Positions 18,392 to 28,755 of a stretch of DNA of 64,000 nt are shown here, piece after piece (positions within the stretch are counted from its first letter, which is position 1; the number at the start of each line of letters is the position of its first letter). The translations under genes were made by a program, and so were the position numbers. Under the pieces are notes generated by a model, which saw only the letters and a program-made list of their open reading frames with translations, was not told where the DNA came from and did no database searches. The stretch is from Acidobacteriota bacterium (GTDB lineage: Bacteria > Acidobacteriota > UBA6911 > RPQK01 > CBDAPI01), in contig CBDFLV010000003.1 in NCBI GenBank assembly GCA_965249245.1, forward strand, positions 87,517 to 151,516. The letters are read 5' to 3'.

Positions 18392-19783
18392 TCACTTTAA
18401 AGGATACCGGTGGAGCTCCAGAAGCTTGATTTTTTGCTGCAGACTCTGGCGGTGCAGTCCGATGGCGGAAGCAGTGTGAGTAATGTTGTTGTCATTCTGA
18501 GACAAAGCGTGACAAAGGTAGCGGATCTCGAAAGCCCGTTTGGCTTCCTTGTAATTCAGCTCGAAGAACTTGTTGAGATCCGTACCGCTGAACTCCGTCT
18601 TTTCGGAGGGGACAAAAAAACGAACTTCATCCGGCATGTCACCCTCGCGGATCAGGCCTTCGGTCTGCAGAACTACCAGTCTTTCCAGAATGTTCCGCAA
18701 CTGGCGAACGTTGCCCGGATAGGAGTACTGAGCCAGCCTTCTAAGAGCGGCGGGCTCGAGCTCCGGGACGGATCGACCGTGCTTTTCGGCGGACACCTGC
18801 AAGAAGTAGCTGATCAGCGCCGGAATATCGCCCGCCCTCCGTCGCAAGGGTGGAATGTTGATCTCGACAACCTGCAGCCGGTAGTAGAGATCCTCTCGGA
18901 ACTGTCCTTCTCGAACCAGCACCGGTAGATCCTTGTTGGTTGCGCTGAGAATCCGAACATCCACCGGAATGGTCTGAGTTCCTCCCAGCCGCTGGACCAG
19001 CCCGTCTTCCACAACCCTCAGAATCTTGGCCTGGGTTTCGGGAGGCATGTCTCCAATCTCATCCAGAAAGAGAGTCCCGTTCCGTGCCTGCTCGAATTTG
19101 CCGATCCGCTGGCTGGCCGCCCCCGTAAAAGCCCCTCTCTCGTGGCCGAAGAGTTCACTTTCAATCAAGTCGGCAGGGATGGCAGCGCAGTTGACACACA
19201 CCAGGGAACCTTCTTTCCGAGCACTGCGTCGATGGATTTCGCGGGCCACCAGCTCTTTCCCGCTGCCGCTTTCTCCCGTCAAGAGTACGGTCACACTCGT
19301 CTCGGCGACGCGCTCGATCAAACCGTAAACCTCTCGAATCGGCTCACTCGCCCCGATCAGTTCTCCGTAGCCGGAGGTGAGTGCCAGCTCGGCTCGAAGG
19401 CCCCGGTTCTGCCGCCTCAACTCGAGGTGGTCTTGCACCGAACGAACCAGCAGTCGAAGCTCATCGACATCAAAGGGCTTGGCCAGATAGTTGAAGGCCC
19501 CTTCTTTCATTGCCTGGACAGCAGTGCGCTCATTGCCGTGGGCTGTAATGACAATGACATAGGGCCGTGGATCGCGGAACTGAACTTGCTGGAGCAGATC
19601 GAACCCCTGCTCTGGGCCGAGGTTCAGATCCAGCAGGATCAGCTCGACGGGATGCTCCTCAAGAGCCCTTCGGGCTTCCGTCAAGTTCCCGGCTTCGTGC
19701 GTCGTCCCACGGGTGGCAAGCGCCCGTCCCATCCCGTAGCGAGCTGTTTTCTCATCGTCCACGATCAGTATGTGCATCGTCAC
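18392..19783 (-). CDS. sigma-54-dependent response regulator (NtrC family)
   Basis: Receiver domain (ILIVDDE...), AAA+ sigma54-activation domain (GESGSGKELVAREIH, GAFTGA) and a C-terminal HTH. Confidence 0.9.
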   Translation of the reverse strand: MTMHILIVDDEKTARYGMGRALATRGTTHEAGNLTEARRALEEHPVELILLDLNLGPEQGFDLLQQVQFRDPRPYVIVITAHGNERTAVQAMKEGAFNYLAKPFDVDELRLLVRSVQDHLELRRQNRGLRAELALTSGYGELIGASEPIREVYGLIERVAETSVTVLLTGESGSGKELVAREIHRRSARKEGSLVCVNCAAIPADLIESELFGHERGAFTGAASQRIGKFEQARNGTLFLDEIGDMPPETQAKILRVVEDGLVQRLGGTQTIPVDVRILSATNKDLPVLVREGQFREDLYYRLQVVEINIPPLRRRAGDIPALISYFLQVSAEKHGRSVPELEPAALRRLAQYSYPGNVRQLRNILERLVVLQTEGLIREGDMPDEVRFFVPSEKTEFSGTDLNKFFELNYKEAKRAFEIRYLCHALSQNDNNITHTASAIGLHRQSLQQKIKLLELHRYPLK

Positions 19784-21755
19784 TTACCTGTAGTCTTGAA
19801 GGGGATTGGAGCGGCACCTGAACAACAAAGCGTGCCCCGGTCGAGCGCTGCGAAGGTTCGAGCCGGATCTCTCCACCCAGCTGCTCGACACGTTTTCGTA
19901 CGATCGCCAGACCGAGCCCTGTTCCCCGCGATTTTGTAGAGAAAAAAGGAAGAAAGATAGATCCACGAAGGCTCTCCGGAACCCCCTCGCCCTGGTCTTC
20001 CACGGCGAGAGTCAAATGATGACGGTCTGTACCGACAGAAATGACAATCTCGCCGCCGGGGTCGCTCGCCTCGACCGCATTGGAGAGGAGATTGCTCAAA
20101 ATCTCTCTCAGTAGAGGGTCGTCGGATTCGACTCGAGGGCGGGCGGGCTCAAAGAGGGTTTTCAGCTTCATGTTTCTCGATTTGAAGTCTCCTTCGAATA
20201 CGCCGGCAACCGAAGCCACCAGGCGGCTCAAGTCGACTTCAGACTGGGATGGCCTCTGGGTCTCTTCCAGCCTCGAAAACTCGAGCAGGCTACTGACGGT
20301 TTGAGAAAGCCGATCGATTTCTTCCACGACCTTGTCAAGGTCCGAGCCCTGATCCGCACTCAGATTGGGTGCTTCAGTCAGCAGCTGAAGCAGGGTTTTC
20401 ATCGAGCTCAAAGGGTTCTTGACGTTGTGAGCGACGGTGGCGGCCATGGTTCCCAATTGTTCCAGATGAGACTTTCTAGCCAGTTCTTTCTCGGTTTCAA
20501 GCTTGCCATGGAGAAGCCGTGAACGCTCCAGCAGCGAGGCCACCTCGTTGCCTACAATTCGCAAGGCGTCTGGGTGAAGGCTCGGGAAGTCGCTCTCGGC
20601 CGGGACCACATTGAGGAAGCCCAGGCTCTTGTTCCCCGCGCGCAGCGGCAGCTGGTGGGTTCCGGTGGGCGGCGCCTCGGAGCCGGAGATCCTGACCTGC
20701 CGGGCCCCCAGTTCCCGTCGCAGAGTTTCTTCGATGAGTTCCTTGAGGAACGGCTCATCGAGTGAAATCACATCGATACGATTCAGGCTGGCTGCCAGAT
20801 CCTGGTAGCGTCCCAATTCGACTCTGAAGGCGGTTTGGACATAGCTGTCCAGCCAGCGACTGAGGGGAGCCAGGAGGAGCAGGATCGCCACTACGAATAC
20901 GCCTTCAACGAGGAGCGCCGGCGCCGACAGTTCGTCCTTCAGGTAGAGCACCAGTCTTCGAACGGCAACCAGGTACAGGCCAAGAGACAGAAGGGCAAGG
21001 AGGATCAGGGCGATTCCTCGGTGGATTACGATCTGCAGGAAGCCGTAGCGGTAGATATAGTAAGCCACCAGCAATGTGGGAAGCAGAGAGGAAGAGAAGG
21101 CCGCCAGAGTGAGATAGTCTTCCCCCTCTCTCCCTTGCAGCGCCGGGGCCAGGAACACCAGGAAATTGAAGATGGGGATGGAGACGAAGAGTACGAACAA
21201 TTTTGAGAAAACGGATTTCTCCGCATCTCGCTGGGCGGTTCGGACGAGCCTCCGACAGAGCCACGCCGTGGACACATAGCTGAGCGCCAGCAGGGTCAGA
21301 AACGGTACGGTAAACAGTTCCAGCTTTTCCAACGGGGAACCAGGGCCGGGAGGATGCAGGGAACGCAGAGCTGTGGGAAGGAAGATGAGAGGGCTATAAA
21401 GAAGTACGAGGACGGTCCGTGACACACCACGCTCCCAGTTCTCCGTCGGAAATCGGTCTGCAAGGTAACGCCAGTGGGTGTGAAAAAGAAGGCCGGGCAT
21501 GAGAGCCAGCGTTCCGAAGCCGAGAATCTCCACTGCAGAAAGTGGTGCGGAGACTCTCGACAAGTCCATCTGCCTGAGCAGGAGAGAAAGGAAGTTGCAC
21601 GCGTACCACAGGAGCAGGCTGATCAGGAGAAAAAGAAGAGGAGGGCCCAGCCGGGAGTGACGACGCCTTTCCAGTACCACCCCGATCAGGAAAAGATAGA
21701 GCAGGATACCAGCAAAATAGCCGGTCAGACCAAAGGGTACTGCCAGAGAATTCAT
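19752..21755 (-). CDS. sensor histidine kinase with multi-TM N-terminal sensor domain
   Basis: ~8 predicted TM helices followed by HisKA (H-box AHNVKNPL) and HATPase_c (GTGLGLAIV). Overlaps the response-regulator gene by 32 nt. Confidence 0.85.
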   Translation of the reverse strand: MNSLAVPFGLTGYFAGILLYLFLIGVVLERRRHSRLGPPLLFLLISLLLWYACNFLSLLLRQMDLSRVSAPLSAVEILGFGTLALMPGLLFHTHWRYLADRFPTENWERGVSRTVLVLLYSPLIFLPTALRSLHPPGPGSPLEKLELFTVPFLTLLALSYVSTAWLCRRLVRTAQRDAEKSVFSKLFVLFVSIPIFNFLVFLAPALQGREGEDYLTLAAFSSSLLPTLLVAYYIYRYGFLQIVIHRGIALILLALLSLGLYLVAVRRLVLYLKDELSAPALLVEGVFVVAILLLLAPLSRWLDSYVQTAFRVELGRYQDLAASLNRIDVISLDEPFLKELIEETLRRELGARQVRISGSEAPPTGTHQLPLRAGNKSLGFLNVVPAESDFPSLHPDALRIVGNEVASLLERSRLLHGKLETEKELARKSHLEQLGTMAATVAHNVKNPLSSMKTLLQLLTEAPNLSADQGSDLDKVVEEIDRLSQTVSSLLEFSRLEETQRPSQSEVDLSRLVASVAGVFEGDFKSRNMKLKTLFEPARPRVESDDPLLREILSNLLSNAVEASDPGGEIVISVGTDRHHLTLAVEDQGEGVPESLRGSIFLPFFSTKSRGTGLGLAIVRKRVEQLGGEIRLEPSQRSTGARFVVQVPLQSPSRLQVSDDAHTDRGR

Positions 21756-21803
21756 GAGAATCGTCGCAGACCTGCGTGACGATTCATGTTAGCACGTCTT
21801 AGC

Positions 21804-22178
21804 TTATCGACCCTGCATTCCCGCCAGCCTCAGCCGGCGCTCGCCTGCATGCTTCCAGGCGATCCCGCCTCTATCCGGCTGCGTTGCCTCGATGGGGGAG
21901 GCGGGTTGCACGGAAGTGGGAATCACCCCGGCTGACTCGAGTGCCTGCTCGAGAAGCGCGATGTAGACGTCATCCAGGCCAATGCGCGCTTTGAGTCGAC
22001 GGTTTTCCCCGCCCAACTTCTCAAGGCGCCCCCGTTGCCGTTCATTCCGGCCCAGACGCGCCTGGAGAGTAGAGGCGTACGCGAGCAGCCTCTCAAACCG
22101 GCTCAGAAGATCGGCATAGAGACCGGCTTCCATCAAAGCGTCACTCGTAAACCCTGCGTGAGTTCGTTCAGATCGCAT
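21804..22178 (-). CDS. hypothetical coiled-coil protein
   Basis: The ORF overlaps the upstream GTPase gene; a start at an internal Met is assumed. Arg/Leu-rich coiled-coil segment. Weak call. Confidence 0.3.
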   Translation of the reverse strand: MRSERTHAGFTSDALMEAGLYADLLSRFERLLAYASTLQARLGRNERQRGRLEKLGGENRRLKARIGLDDVYIALLEQALESAGVIPTSVQPASPIEATQPDRGGIAWKHAGERRLRLAGMQGR

Positions 22179-22236
22179 AAACACCTCCCCGAATGGAGAC
22201 TTGAATCTTTCAAGAACAGAAAGGGAGCACTGAGGG

Positions 22237-23385
22237 CTACCCGGCGGCCGGAAGAGACCTGGGAGACTCGGTTTCTTCCAGGAGGCTTGAAAACCGATCG
22301 AAGTATGCGATCGCCCCACGTCCGAGAAGATAAGTCCAGGCCCCTGCTGCCGAAACGCCGATCAGCTTCGCCTTCCCGGGGAATTGTCTCCTAAGACGGT
22401 GACTTGCTTCGCGCACGGCTACACCGGAGAGCAGCATCGGGATCAATTCTCTGGCCCGGCGTCGGTTCAGGTGGTGGCCGTAGGCCCGGGCAATTTTCAA
22501 CAGCATGCTGGTTTGTATCGCGGTCATCGGAAGAAGATCGCTGACAGGGATGGGAATGGCTCCGACCAGGGCGCATCCGATGGATGCCTGGGTCACGATT
22601 CCACGGCAAATCGTGCCTCGAAAAGCGGGGAATCCGATAGCGAGTGGGTAGAGTGCACGATCGTTGCTGGAGACAATGGCGCGGAAGAGCGGATGTATCG
22701 ATTGAGTTCGCGACCCGGAGATCGCTACGGTTCTTTGTCCAAGAGTCTTCTGAGCTCTTCTGGCAGTCTCCGAAGGGTTCCCAATCAAATCGCACTTGTT
22801 GAGGACAACCAGCACCTGAGTGCCCTGTCCCTTCAACCTTTCCAGCGTCCGGTGAGTTGCTTCGGAAACCTCGTATTGGCAGTCGAGAAGCAACAGAATG
22901 AGATCGGCTCTGTCCAGCTCCTCAGGAATCCGGTTCGCTTTCTCGTAGCCCAGATACTCGGCCAGACCGGGTGTTTCAACCAGCGTGAAAATCCTTGGAG
23001 AAGTGGCGGATTGCCCTGCCTCGATTGTATTCAGCAAGGTTGCTTTGCCGGTCTGAGAAGGGCCGACTATGGCGATTTGGATCCACTCTTTGGACTGAAC
23101 CCCCCGCCACTGCGCCCGGACAACTTCGAGGATTCTCTGCATGTTGTCGCCCTTTTCGGGCAGCGTGTCCAGGGCCTTTCTCACTCGATACTGGAACTCG
23201 GGCGGAAACAGGCGCAGGATCTGGGAGAGTAACTCGAGCAGTTCCGGGGAGGCTACGCCACGTAATCTGGCCAGTGAGTTGTCGGAGTTGTTTTCCGGCA
23301 TTTCATTTATCCCAGATCTGATTGCCAGATCGGCTCCGAGGCCTGGTCTATCCTGTTCCTGAAAAACCTGTCGCGAGACCTCCAT
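22237..23385 (-). CDS. GTP-binding protein (HSR1/MMR1-type G domain + DUF697-like membrane-associated C-terminal region)
   Basis: G1 AIVGPSQTGKATL, G3 ETPG, G4 NKCD. The C-terminus has hydrophobic segments reminiscent of the YcjF/YfjP family. Confidence 0.65.
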   Translation of the reverse strand: MEVSRQVFQEQDRPGLGADLAIRSGINEMPENNSDNSLARLRGVASPELLELLSQILRLFPPEFQYRVRKALDTLPEKGDNMQRILEVVRAQWRGVQSKEWIQIAIVGPSQTGKATLLNTIEAGQSATSPRIFTLVETPGLAEYLGYEKANRIPEELDRADLILLLLDCQYEVSEATHRTLERLKGQGTQVLVVLNKCDLIGNPSETARRAQKTLGQRTVAISGSRTQSIHPLFRAIVSSNDRALYPLAIGFPAFRGTICRGIVTQASIGCALVGAIPIPVSDLLPMTAIQTSMLLKIARAYGHHLNRRRARELIPMLLSGVAVREASHRLRRQFPGKAKLIGVSAAGAWTYLLGRGAIAYFDRFSSLLEETESPRSLPAAG

Positions 23386-23392
23386 TCAGCTA

Positions 23393-25660
23393 TTAGAGCA
23401 GGTTGACTGGATCGACATCAACGATGACCCTTTTCCGGTGGCTGGAAGGTAGTTTTGCCAGTGCTTTCGAGACGACTTGATTGAGCTCTTTCCGGCTGGT
23501 GGTTTTGAGCAGGACCTGGAACCGATATTCTCCCTTGACTCGGAAGACTGCTGCCGGGGCGGGCCCCAGGATCCTCAGCCTGCGGGTGTCCGAGAGCGTG
23601 TTCCTGATCTCAACCAGGGATCGGGCGAGATCTTCAGCAATGTCTTGAGTCTGATTCTCCCTGGTTCCGCGGATCACCAGATTGGCGAGCGCGGTAAAGG
23701 GAGGATAGCGGAAGCGACGTCGGAACCGGATTTCTCGTTCGTAGAAGCTCTCGTAGTCCTGCATGCGGGCGTGCTTGAGGCTGTAATGGTTTGGGAAATA
23801 GGTCTGGATGATGACTTCTCCCGGGTGATCGCCTCGCCCGGCTCGTCCGGCCACCTGGGTCAGCAGCTGAAAAGTTTTCTCGGCCGCCCGGAAGTCGGCC
23901 AGCCGAAGTCCCTGGTCGGCCGCCAGCACACCAACCAGCGTGACTCCAGGGAAGTCGTGCCCTTTCGCCACCATTTGTGTTCCAACCAGAATGTCGGTCT
24001 CTCTGGAGTGAAAGTTTTGGAGGATGGACTGCAGACTGCCCTTTCGTCGTGTAGAGTCCCGGTCGAGCCTGTCGATTCGGGCCTGGGGAAAAAGTGCCTG
24101 TAGCTTTTCCTCCACCTGTTCTGTTCCCATGCCCAGGTAATGGAGGTATTGCTTGTTGCAGTCCGGACAGTGCATGGGAAGTGCCTTGGAGTAGCCGCAG
24201 TAGTGGCAGCTGAGACGGCGCCGGTCCTGGTGGTAGGTCAGGGTTACGCTGCAGTTGTGGCAGCTCTCCGTGTGACCACAGGAGCGGCACAGAAGGGCAC
24301 TGGCATAGCCTCTACGATTGAGCAGCATGAGGATCTGCTGCTGCTTCTCGAGGCACTTCCGGATTCCATCGGCCAGCGCATCCGAACACAGTTTCTCACC
24401 GCCGTGTTTCTGGAACTCGACGCGCATGTCGACGATGTGGACCGTCGGAAGCGAGCTCTTCCCGACCCGGGAGCGGAGCGGCTCGTAGCGCGTTCGCCCA
24501 CCCTGGCGCGCGTGGTGGTAGGTTTCCAACTGGGGTGTCGCGCTCCCCAGAATCACCAGGGCGCCTTCCTGCTGCGCTCGCTTCAGAGCGACGTCTCTGG
24601 CGTTGTAACGGGGCGTTTCATCCTGCTTGTAGGCGGAATCGTGTTCCTCATCCACGATAATCGCACCAAGGTTGTGGAGGGGGGCAAAGACCGCTGAGCG
24701 GGTCCCGATCACGACCCGTGCCTTTCCGGCTCGTATGCGCCGCCATTCATCGAACCTCTCACCGGCGGACAAGCTGCTGTGCAGGATCGCCACTCGATCC
24801 CCAAACCAGGACTTGAACTGGTTCGAAACCTGGGGCGTCAGGCCGATTTCCGGAACCAGTACGAGGGCTGATCGACCCCTTTCAAGAGTCGCCTCGATAC
24901 TGTTCAGGTAGATCTCCGTTTTTCCGCTACCGGTAATTCCGTGGATCAGAATAGAGTGAAACCCGGAGGTTTCCAGCTTTTTTTTGATGAGTTCAAAGAT
25001 GCGTTTCTGGCCCGTCGTCAAGGGGTGTTTTCTGACCTCAGCCGGGCCACCGGAGGTGTCCCTCCAGGGCGACCTGTAGAGTTCCACCTCTTCCACCCGC
25101 AAAACTCCCAGTGCCGAGAGACGCTGGAGCAGCGAGGTACTGGATCGTGTTCGCTTCACAGCATCAGTGAGCGAAACGGGCAGCCGAAGTGCACAGATCT
25201 CATCCAGGACCTGCCGTTGTCGGGGGGTAAGATCTCGGTCTTCACCGGCAAACGCCTGTGTAATCATCCTTCTCTTGCGGGTGGGCCACAGGGCTTCCCG
25301 ACTTTTCTTTTGCCCGGCTCTCCGAGAGAAGATGCCAGGAGGGAACATGACCCTGAACGCCTCTCCCACTGGCGCCATGTAGTAGCGTGAGAGCCAGTCG
25401 CCCAGCTCAATCAGCTGGGGGGACAGCAGGGGGCTGGCATCCAGAACCTGCAGGATTTCCCTGATCTTCGCTTGGTCGGGGACGCTGGAGGCCTCGCCCA
25501 GGACCAGCCCGACGTGGGCCCGCGGACCGAATGGAACCAGAACTCGAACTCCTGCACGGACGCCCGATAACTGGTCCTCCGGCACCGCATAGAGGAACGC
25601 CTGGTTCGAAGGAATGGGCACAGCTACCCGCACCAGCTGGAGCCGATCCTTCTTTGCCAT
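23393..25660 (-). CDS. priA: primosomal protein N' (replication restart helicase PriA)
   Basis: 755 aa; DEAD/DEAH helicase motifs and the Cys-rich zinc-binding insertion (CRSCGHTESCHNCSVTLTYH...CHYCG...CPDC). Confidence 0.9.
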   Translation of the reverse strand: MAKKDRLQLVRVAVPIPSNQAFLYAVPEDQLSGVRAGVRVLVPFGPRAHVGLVLGEASSVPDQAKIREILQVLDASPLLSPQLIELGDWLSRYYMAPVGEAFRVMFPPGIFSRRAGQKKSREALWPTRKRRMITQAFAGEDRDLTPRQRQVLDEICALRLPVSLTDAVKRTRSSTSLLQRLSALGVLRVEEVELYRSPWRDTSGGPAEVRKHPLTTGQKRIFELIKKKLETSGFHSILIHGITGSGKTEIYLNSIEATLERGRSALVLVPEIGLTPQVSNQFKSWFGDRVAILHSSLSAGERFDEWRRIRAGKARVVIGTRSAVFAPLHNLGAIIVDEEHDSAYKQDETPRYNARDVALKRAQQEGALVILGSATPQLETYHHARQGGRTRYEPLRSRVGKSSLPTVHIVDMRVEFQKHGGEKLCSDALADGIRKCLEKQQQILMLLNRRGYASALLCRSCGHTESCHNCSVTLTYHQDRRRLSCHYCGYSKALPMHCPDCNKQYLHYLGMGTEQVEEKLQALFPQARIDRLDRDSTRRKGSLQSILQNFHSRETDILVGTQMVAKGHDFPGVTLVGVLAADQGLRLADFRAAEKTFQLLTQVAGRAGRGDHPGEVIIQTYFPNHYSLKHARMQDYESFYEREIRFRRRFRYPPFTALANLVIRGTRENQTQDIAEDLARSLVEIRNTLSDTRRLRILGPAPAAVFRVKGEYRFQVLLKTTSRKELNQVVSKALAKLPSSHRKRVIVDVDPVNLL

Positions 25661-25681
25661 AGACTGCCCCGGCCCCGGTTG

Positions 25682-26359
25682 TCAGGAGCGGGGCTGGTAA
25701 TATCGGCTTCCCAGTTCTCGAAGCCTGCTTCGAACTGCCTGCATGTCTTCCCATACTTCTCTCTTGGCAGAGGGGTTATGCAGCAGGTAGGAAGGATGGA
25801 AGGTGGGAAGGAGAAGCGTTCCTCGGAAATCGCTGAACTCTCCCCGAAGCCGGGAAATCGGGGTGGTCGATCGCAGCAGTGTCTGAGCGGCGTAGCGGCC
25901 CAGAGCGACAATGATCTTGGGCTGAACCGACTCGATCTGACTGAAGAGAAACTTCTCGCATTGCTCTACTTCATCAGGTTCGGGATCACGATTCCGCGGG
26001 GGGCGACATTTCAGTATGTTTGCGATGTACACCTGGTCCCGCTGCAGGCCGATGGCCTGGATGATCCGGGTCAGAAGTTGACCCGCCTTCCCCACAAAAG
26101 GAATCCCCTGAAGGTCCTCGTCACGTCCCGGCGCCTCACCCACGAACATGAGATCCGCATCTGGGGCCCCAAATCCAAAGACGATGTTGGTGCGCTGGCT
26201 ACACAGCTTGCATCTGCGGCAATCGCCCAGCTCAGTCCGGATTTCTTCCAGGGTGGGGCCTGTTCTGCTGAGCGGCTGGAGTTGCTCGCCACGACTCACG
26301 TTGAAGTGGGTTACGCCCAGGCTGGAAAAGAACTCGAACTGCCTTTTGATCTGATCCAT
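25682..26359 (-). CDS. uracil-DNA glycosylase, family 4 (Fe-S type)
   Basis: GEAPGRDEDLQGIPFVGKAGQLL motif with conserved Cys ligands. Confidence 0.85.
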   Translation of the reverse strand: MDQIKRQFEFFSSLGVTHFNVSRGEQLQPLSRTGPTLEEIRTELGDCRRCKLCSQRTNIVFGFGAPDADLMFVGEAPGRDEDLQGIPFVGKAGQLLTRIIQAIGLQRDQVYIANILKCRPPRNRDPEPDEVEQCEKFLFSQIESVQPKIIVALGRYAAQTLLRSTTPISRLRGEFSDFRGTLLLPTFHPSYLLHNPSAKREVWEDMQAVRSRLRELGSRYYQPRS

Positions 26360-26394
26360 GCAACCGCCTTCTGAGTCCCGCCAGACTAGAGGGT

Positions 26395-27309
26395 CTACCT
26401 GACACCGAAACTATCCAGAAGACGCTCCTGGTTTCGCCATCCGGGGACCACCTTCACATGGAGGTCCAGGTACATCTTGGAAACACCCAGGACTCTCGAG
26501 AGTTCTTTGCGAGCCGCGGTGCCAATCCGTTTGATCATGCGGCCCCCCCGACCGATCACGATCTTCTTCTGGCCGGGTCTTTCCACGATGATAACAGCCG
26601 CGATATGAATGAAGCCCTCCTGGCGACGGCTCTCGTCCAACAGTTCCACTTGTACGGCAGTCGAGTAGGGAAGCTCTTTGTGGGTGTTCAGGAGAATTTT
26701 TTCTCGGATGATTTCGGAAACCAGGAGGCGCTCGGTCTGATCCGTCAAGTAGTCATCGGCAAAGGTCCAAGCTCGCTCCGGGATCCGCCGGACGATGTTC
26801 TCCATCAGGGCATCGAGGTTTACGCCGGTCTGGGCCGATATGGGAATCACCGCTTCGTAAATCCCTTCCCGGTCGTATCGCTCAATGATCGGCAGAATAC
26901 GGCCTTTGCTGACCAGATCGACCTTGTTGAGAGCCAGCAGCCTGGGCTGGGAAACCGAACGCATCGTATCCAGTGCGAAAAGTTCACCCTTGCCGAAGCG
27001 TTCCGAGACATCGACCACATGGACAAGGACGTCGACTTCCAGAAGACACTGGTAGACGGTCTTCATCATGCGCCGGTTGAGAAGGAAGCCCGGTCGGTGG
27101 ATTCCGGGCGTATCGACGAAAACAATCTGGGCAGTGTCTTCGATCCGTACCCCCAGGATTCGGTTCCGTGTGGTCTGGGGCTTGTCACTGACAATCGCGA
27201 TCTTCTCACCAATCAGACGGTTGAGAAGTGTGGACTTGCCGGCATTCGGGCGGCCGACCAGCGCAACATGACCAGACTTCTTTCCGGGGGAGTGGTCGAG
27301 TTCGGACAT
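26395..27309 (-). CDS. era: GTPase Era
   Basis: G1 GRPNAGKSTLLN, G4 NKVD, and a C-terminal KH domain. Confidence 0.9.
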   Translation of the reverse strand: MSELDHSPGKKSGHVALVGRPNAGKSTLLNRLIGEKIAIVSDKPQTTRNRILGVRIEDTAQIVFVDTPGIHRPGFLLNRRMMKTVYQCLLEVDVLVHVVDVSERFGKGELFALDTMRSVSQPRLLALNKVDLVSKGRILPIIERYDREGIYEAVIPISAQTGVNLDALMENIVRRIPERAWTFADDYLTDQTERLLVSEIIREKILLNTHKELPYSTAVQVELLDESRRQEGFIHIAAVIIVERPGQKKIVIGRGGRMIKRIGTAARKELSRVLGVSKMYLDLHVKVVPGWRNQERLLDSFGVR

Positions 27310-27318
27310 AACGACGGT

Positions 27319-28539
27319 TTAGCCGTGCAGGGGAATCTCGATGCCGGAAACCGCTCGGCTGGTCTGAAACTCGCTGACCCTGTCCCACACGAACCGGGCG
27401 ATCTCGTTCTTGGGAAGGAGGTCACTCCGAGCCTGTCCTCCGAGCCGGTCCAGACACAGGACCTGGTTGTGACTGGAAGCGAACCCTCCCTCTTCCCGGG
27501 AGACGTCATTTACAAATATGAGGTCCAGGTTCTTTCGCTGCAGCTTCGCCTGGCCGGCCGGTTCCAGTTCCTTCGTTTCCGCCGCAAAACCGATCAGCAC
27601 CTGGCTGTCCGTCTTGCGTGTGCCCAACAGGCTGAGAATATCCGTGGTTCTCTGCAGTTGCAGCGTGTCCGGAGCGTCTCTCTTCTTCATCTTGTGATCG
27701 TATCGCCGGACCGGAGTGAAGTCGGCGACGGCAGCCGCCATCACAGTTACGTCGGTCCCTTCGAACCGATCCAGGACGGCATGCTCCATCTCGCCGGCGG
27801 ACCGAACCTGAACCAGTTCACATTGCCAGGGAGGGGAGAGGTGGGTCGGTCCACTCACCAGCGTGACCCGGGCCCCTCGCCGCCGGGCTTCTTCGGCGAT
27901 CGCGTAGCCCATCCGGCCGGTGGAGCGATTGGAAAGAAAGCGAATGGGGTCAATGTCTTCTACGGTGGGGCCGGCAGTGACCAGCACCCTGGACCCCCCC
28001 AGCTGGCTGGAAACCTGGAGGCGATCGAGAACCTCGCCGACGATCTTCTCCGGCTCCGCCAGGCGGCCCTCGCCGATTTCGCCGCAGGCCAGGTAACCCG
28101 ACTCGGGCTCAACGATTCCCACACCTCTTTCAGCGAGCTGCCGGAGGTTTTCCCTGGTGGCCGCATGTCGCCACATCTCCACGTTCATGGCGGGAGCTAC
28201 CACAACCGGTGTGGTGGTGGACACATACAGTGTCGTGAGGAAGTCGTCAGCAATTCCGTTTGCAAATTTCGCGACGAGGTTGGCCGTGGCGGGGGCCACC
28301 AGGAGCAGGTCGCTGCTGCGTGCGAGGCGAATGTGTTCGATGTCAGGGCTCTGGCTGGAGAAGAGTTCGGTGACGACCTTATGCCCGGAAAGTTTCTCGA
28401 GCGTCAGCTCGCCGAGAAAATGGCGCGCCGAACGCGTCATGACGGGAAAAATATCGACCCCCTGCTCCTGCAACAACCGGAGAACGACAGCTGACTTGTA
28501 GGCAGCGATGCAGCCCGTGACCCCGAGGATGACTCTCAT
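27319..28539 (-). CDS. coaBC: bifunctional phosphopantothenoylcysteine decarboxylase / phosphopantothenate-cysteine ligase
   Basis: 406 aa with an N-terminal flavoprotein domain (ILGVTGCIAAYK) and a C-terminal CoaB domain. Confidence 0.9.
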   Translation of the reverse strand: MRVILGVTGCIAAYKSAVVLRLLQEQGVDIFPVMTRSARHFLGELTLEKLSGHKVVTELFSSQSPDIEHIRLARSSDLLLVAPATANLVAKFANGIADDFLTTLYVSTTTPVVVAPAMNVEMWRHAATRENLRQLAERGVGIVEPESGYLACGEIGEGRLAEPEKIVGEVLDRLQVSSQLGGSRVLVTAGPTVEDIDPIRFLSNRSTGRMGYAIAEEARRRGARVTLVSGPTHLSPPWQCELVQVRSAGEMEHAVLDRFEGTDVTVMAAAVADFTPVRRYDHKMKKRDAPDTLQLQRTTDILSLLGTRKTDSQVLIGFAAETKELEPAGQAKLQRKNLDLIFVNDVSREEGGFASSHNQVLCLDRLGGQARSDLLPKNEIARFVWDRVSEFQTSRAVSGIEIPLHG

Positions 28540-28542
28540 GGC

Positions 28543-28755
28543 TCAATCGTCGGATCCCTCTTCAGCGTTGTCATCGAGGATCTCGTATCCGATCAAATTC
28601 TGTTCCGCTTCCCGGATCGCCAGATAGGCTGGCTTTCCCGACTTCAGATCGAGCTTGGTCGGGGCCCCGGTCTGAATCTGCTTGGCGCGGGCAGTGGCTA
28701 CAATGACGAAACGAAATTTGCTGTCATATTCTTTGGGAATAGTGATAATCATCAT
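28543..28755 (-). CDS. rpoZ: DNA-directed RNA polymerase subunit omega
   Basis: ~70 aa; FRFVIVATARAKQI motif. The ATGA start/stop overlap with gmk fits the conserved gmk-rpoZ-coaBC order. Confidence 0.75.
   Translation of the reverse strand: MMIITIPKEYDSKFRFVIVATARAKQIQTGAPTKLDLKSGKPAYLAIREAEQNLIGYEILDDNAEEGSDD

Noticed and set aside
26458-28494. 678-aa plus-strand ORF
   Set aside because: Fully antisense to era and coaBC, which carry clear motifs. Long antisense ORFs are expected at ~60% GC.
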